This document shows positions 61,044 to 64,000 of a stretch of 64,000 bases of DNA, in pieces. Each line of letters opens with the position of its first letter. Position 1 is the first letter of the stretch. The notes beneath the pieces are model-generated. The model did no database searches. It saw nothing but the letters and a program-made list of their open reading frames with translations, and had not been told where the DNA came from. This stretch comes from Gaiellaceae bacterium (GTDB lineage Bacteria > Actinomycetota > Thermoleophilia > Gaiellales > Gaiellaceae): contig DATKRA010000081.1 of the NCBI GenBank assembly GCA_035532455.1, forward strand, positions 2,805-66,804. The letters are read 5' to 3'. The position numbers were made by a program, and so were the translations under genes.

Positions 61044-61564
61044 GCCCCTGGGATGGCGTGAAGATCGCCGTCCTGCTCTTCGTGGCGGCGGTGGCTCAGG
61101 TTTCGATCTTCTCCCAGATCGACGTCTTCGGCGCGGCGCCCGACCTTCTGCTCGTGACGCTGGTGGCGATCTCACTCCTGCGCGGAAGCGTCGCAGGAGC
61201 GGTCGGAGGCTTCTTCGCCGGGCTGATCGTCGACACCGCCACGCTCGGGGCGCTCGGCCTGACTTCGCTCGTGCTCACGCTTGCCGGCTTCTGGATCGGC
61301 CGGTACGGGGAGACGACCGGACGCGACCGCGCGCACGCGCCGTACCTCTCCATCGCCGTCGTCACCGTCCTCTACGAGATCGGGCTCCTCGTCGTCCACT
61401 TCGTGCTCGGCGAGAGCGCCCCCGGCGGCGCGGTCTTTGCGAGCCTCGTGCCTGCGGTGATCCTCAACCTCATCGTCACCGGCCCGGTCTACGGGCTCGT
61501 GCGGCGGCTGCTGCGGCCGCTCGAGCGAGCCGAGCTCAGCGCGGAGGTGCGGCTCCTTGGCTAG
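61040..61564 (+). CDS. mreD: Rod shape-determining protein MreD
   Basis: GTGA overlap with mreC. 174 aa polytopic membrane protein. The call rests on position (mreC-mreD-PBP2) and hydrophobic pattern. Confidence 0.8.
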   Translation: MSPWDGVKIAVLLFVAAVAQVSIFSQIDVFGAAPDLLLVTLVAISLLRGSVAGAVGGFFAGLIVDTATLGALGLTSLVLTLAGFWIGRYGETTGRDRAHAPYLSIAVVTVLYEIGLLVVHFVLGESAPGGAVFASLVPAVILNLIVTGPVYGLVRRLLRPLERAELSAEVRLLG

Positions 61565-63584
61565 TACGAGCGCCGGACGCCTGCGCGGCCGGGCGGTGGA
61601 TGTCGAGCGCGACGTCGCCGTCGAGCCGTATCGCGTCACGCCGAAGCTGGCGCGACGGCTCGCGATCCTCGGCGGGCTTCTCCTCATCGGCTTCGCGGCG
61701 CTCGTGATGCGGCTCTGGACGCTGCAGGTTCTCGCCGGCTCGGAGTACGCCGCGCGCGCGAACGCGAATCAGCGGCGCGTCGTCCCCGTCCGAGCGGAAC
61801 GCGGCGCGATCGTCGCTCGGAACGGCAACCCGCTCGTGACGAGCGCAGCCGTGACGTCCGTCGATCTCTATCCCTCGGCGCTGCCGAAGGTCGGCGAGCG
61901 CCGCCACCGCGAGCTCGTGGATCTCGCCCGCATCACGCACGTTCCCCTCGGCACGATCCGCCGGGCGATCTCGCAGCGGGAGCGGGCGAACGACATGATC
62001 GACCCCGTCGTCGTGCGTCCCGAGGCCCCCTCACCGCTCGTGACGTACCTCCAGGAGCGGCGGAGCCAGTTCCCCGGCGTCAGCCTCGGCCAGACCTACG
62101 TCCGCCGCTATCCCCACGGCGATCTCGCGGCGCAACTCTTCGGGGTCGTCGGGCAAATCTCCCCGTCGGAGTTGCAGACGATGGCGAAGCAGGGCCTCCA
62201 ACCGGGCGACGAGATCGGCCAGTCGGGGATCGAGTACGCGTTCAACTCCTACCTGCAGGGCGTCGACGGGTCGGCACGCGTTCGCGTCGACTCCTTCGGA
62301 CGGCGGCGCAGCCAGCGGGCGCTCGTCACGCCAGCCCAGCCGGGGCAGACCGTCCGGCTGACGCTCGACACGGGCCTCCAGCGCGCCGCGCAGAGTGCGC
62401 TGGCGTACGGGATCCAGCTCGCGCACAACAACCACCAGTGGGCCGCCGACGGCGGTGCGATCGTGGCGATGGATCCACGGAACGGCGCGATTCTCGCGTC
62501 GGCGTCCTCCCCGACGTACAACCCATCGATCTTCTCGGGGCGCGTGACGCAGCGCGCGCTCAACAACGCCGGGCTCGGGAGCCAGCAGTCCGCGCTCGAC
62601 CACAACTATCCGAGCATCAACCGCGTCCTCGACGCCACGTATCCGCCAGGCTCGATCTTCAAGCCGCTCACGGCTATCGCGGCCCTGCAGGAGGGGATCG
62701 TCAACCCGTACGCGCTCGAGCCGTGCACCGGGACGTACGTCGCGCCCGAGGATCGCGGCCACCACGTCTGGCACAACTGGGACCCGAACGTCAATCAGGC
62801 GATGGACATGCCGACGGCGATCGCGTACTCGTGCGACACGTACTTCTATCGCCTCGGCAATGCGTTCTACCTCCTGCCGCCCGACCGCGGGAGCCCGGAG
62901 CAGAAGTGGGCGCGCGCCTTCGGCTTCGGCCGGCAGACGCCGATCGAGATCGGGCCTCAGGCGTCTGGGCTCCTGCCGACGATCAAGTGGAAGCACGAGA
63001 CGTACACGCGCAAGACGGACCCGTGCTGCTGGCGCATTGATCGAATCTGGAAGCCGGGAGACTCGATCCAGCTCGCGATCGGGCAGGGCGACATGACCGT
63101 GACGCCGCTCCAGATGGCGCGCTTCTACTCGGCGATCGCGAACGGCGGCAAGCTCGTCCAGCCGCACATCCTTCTCGACGTCGAGAACCCGAACAAGACG
63201 CCCTTCCCGACGCCGGCGCCCGCCACGCCGCGGCCGATCGTCGGACTCAGCGCCTCGGCGCTCCGCGTCGTGCAGCAGGGCCTGTACGAGGGGGCGCACA
63301 CGCCCATCGGCACGTCGTACGGGGTTTTCGGCCACTTTCCGGTGCCGATCGCCGGCAAGACCGGCACGGCGCAGAAGGTCGTGCAGCTACCGGGCATCAC
63401 GCGCCTCGAGAACCAGTCGTGGTGGTGCGGCTACGGGCCGTTCAACGCGCCCAAGCTCGTCGTCTGCGCGGTGATCGAGAACGGGGGCCTCGGCGGCACG
63501 GCCGCGGCGCCGGCGGCGGAGCAGGTGTTCGCGAAGTTCTTCCACGTTCACCCCGGCCAGCTCGGGTACATCCACTCGGACTAG
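61557..63584 (+). CDS. mrdA: Penicillin-binding protein 2 (class B, elongation-specific transpeptidase)
   Basis: TM helix, dimerisation domain, SxxK (GSIFKP), SxD/N (YSCDT), KTGTA. Followed by rodA. Confidence 0.92.
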   Translation: MASTSAGRLRGRAVDVERDVAVEPYRVTPKLARRLAILGGLLLIGFAALVMRLWTLQVLAGSEYAARANANQRRVVPVRAERGAIVARNGNPLVTSAAVTSVDLYPSALPKVGERRHRELVDLARITHVPLGTIRRAISQRERANDMIDPVVVRPEAPSPLVTYLQERRSQFPGVSLGQTYVRRYPHGDLAAQLFGVVGQISPSELQTMAKQGLQPGDEIGQSGIEYAFNSYLQGVDGSARVRVDSFGRRRSQRALVTPAQPGQTVRLTLDTGLQRAAQSALAYGIQLAHNNHQWAADGGAIVAMDPRNGAILASASSPTYNPSIFSGRVTQRALNNAGLGSQQSALDHNYPSINRVLDATYPPGSIFKPLTAIAALQEGIVNPYALEPCTGTYVAPEDRGHHVWHNWDPNVNQAMDMPTAIAYSCDTYFYRLGNAFYLLPPDRGSPEQKWARAFGFGRQTPIEIGPQASGLLPTIKWKHETYTRKTDPCCWRIDRIWKPGDSIQLAIGQGDMTVTPLQMARFYSAIANGGKLVQPHILLDVENPNKTPFPTPAPATPRPIVGLSASALRVVQQGLYEGAHTPIGTSYGVFGHFPVPIAGKTGTAQKVVQLPGITRLENQSWWCGYGPFNAPKLVVCAVIENGGLGGTAAAPAAEQVFAKFFHVHPGQLGYIHSD

Positions 63585-63597
63585 AGGTGAGTTGCTG

Positions 63598-64000
63598 ATG
63601 CTCGAATACGCGGGATCACAGAGAGCGGGACGGCGCGAGCGCGAGGCGCCGCATCTCCTCGCCGTCGTGCGCTCGTTCGACTGGATCCTCGTGGTCGGTC
63701 TCGCGGCTCTCCTCGTCGTCGGGCTCTGGGGGATCGGAGGCGTCACGAGCCACGACATTCCGGGCAATCCGAACTACTACCTCGACAGGCAGATCCTCTA
63801 CGCCGCCGTCGGCGGGATCGTGCTCGTCGCAGCCGCGCTCGTCGACCCGGACCTCTATCGCCGCTACTGGCGCGTCATCTTCGCCGGGATCGCGGCTCTC
63901 ATCGCGGTCGTCTTCCTCGCCGGCCAAGCGGCGAACGGCTCGACGCGCTGGATCAGCCTCGGCTTCTTCACCTTCCAGCCGTCGGAGTTCGGGAAGCTCC
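63598..64000 (+). CDS. rodA: Peptidoglycan glycosyltransferase RodA (SEDS family), 5' part; continues beyond the window
   Basis: MLEYAGSQRAG...FDWILVVGLAALLVVGLWGI...YYLDRQILYAAVGGIVLV...RWISLGFFTFQPSEFGKL is typical of FtsW/RodA N-terminal halves. Open to the window end. Confidence 0.88.
   Translation, partial: MLEYAGSQRAGRREREAPHLLAVVRSFDWILVVGLAALLVVGLWGIGGVTSHDIPGNPNYYLDRQILYAAVGGIVLVAAALVDPDLYRRYWRVIFAGIAALIAVVFLAGQAANGSTRWISLGFFTFQPSEFGKL

Overview
High-GC (about 70%) bacterial chromosomal segment. The gene order looks Actinomycetota-like (possibly Thermoleophilia or Rubrobacteria); this is an inference from metT-rpmG-secE-nusG synteny, frequent GTG/TTG starts and hairpins without U-tracts. 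Most of the window is core translation and transcription machinery: rpmG-secE-nusG-rplKA-rplJL-rpoBC, then rpsL-rpsG-fusA-tuf fused to the S10, spc and alpha operons (rpsJ through rplQ, including secY, adk, map, infA, rpmJ and rpoA). The 5' end carries a type IV pilus block (pilM' N O, an unknown gene, pilC), a convergent class A PBP, a dienelactone hydrolase and tRNA-Met. The 3' third holds truA, a GH38-like hydrolase, a HAD hydrolase and ligA. It also holds a peptidoglycan-remodelling cluster (PBP4, an orphan LuxR response regulator, and a 3D-domain and an NlpC/P60 hydrolase that both carry coiled coils). Further 3' are fadD, Ku, a small HTH gene, an alpha/beta hydrolase, a short SSB paralog, and mreB-(HIT pseudogene, GNAT)-mreCD-PBP2-rodA'. 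No CRISPR array, transposase, integrase or recognisable defence system is visible. The unusual signals are at a finer scale. (1) At least seven ribosomal proteins and RpoB carry long low-complexity extensions. These extensions share discrete modules: a roughly 60-nt unit encoding GEVSxEPGRxPAASP occurs three times in the S5 and L15 tails, and a 29/30-nt identical block encoding [10 protein letters not shown] occurs in the L22 and S3 tails. (2) The rplC start is duplicated, creating a 26-codon mini-ORF between rpsJ and rplC. (3) Seven GGACNTGTCC palindromes, including a perfect 31-bp palindrome, lie between rplQ and a VIT-family gene. (4) A 15-bp long-range inverted repeat encloses the rpmG-secE spacer and covers the secE Shine-Dalgarno. 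(5) The same hairpin element follows both rplL and rpoC, with a compensatory change in the stem. (6) Beta-prime carries a roughly 285-aa lineage-specific insertion. (7) A two-gene insert (secreted protein plus GAF-GGDEF) splits rpoC from rpsL. All functional interpretations of these elements are hypotheses from sequence reading only; no database search was possible.
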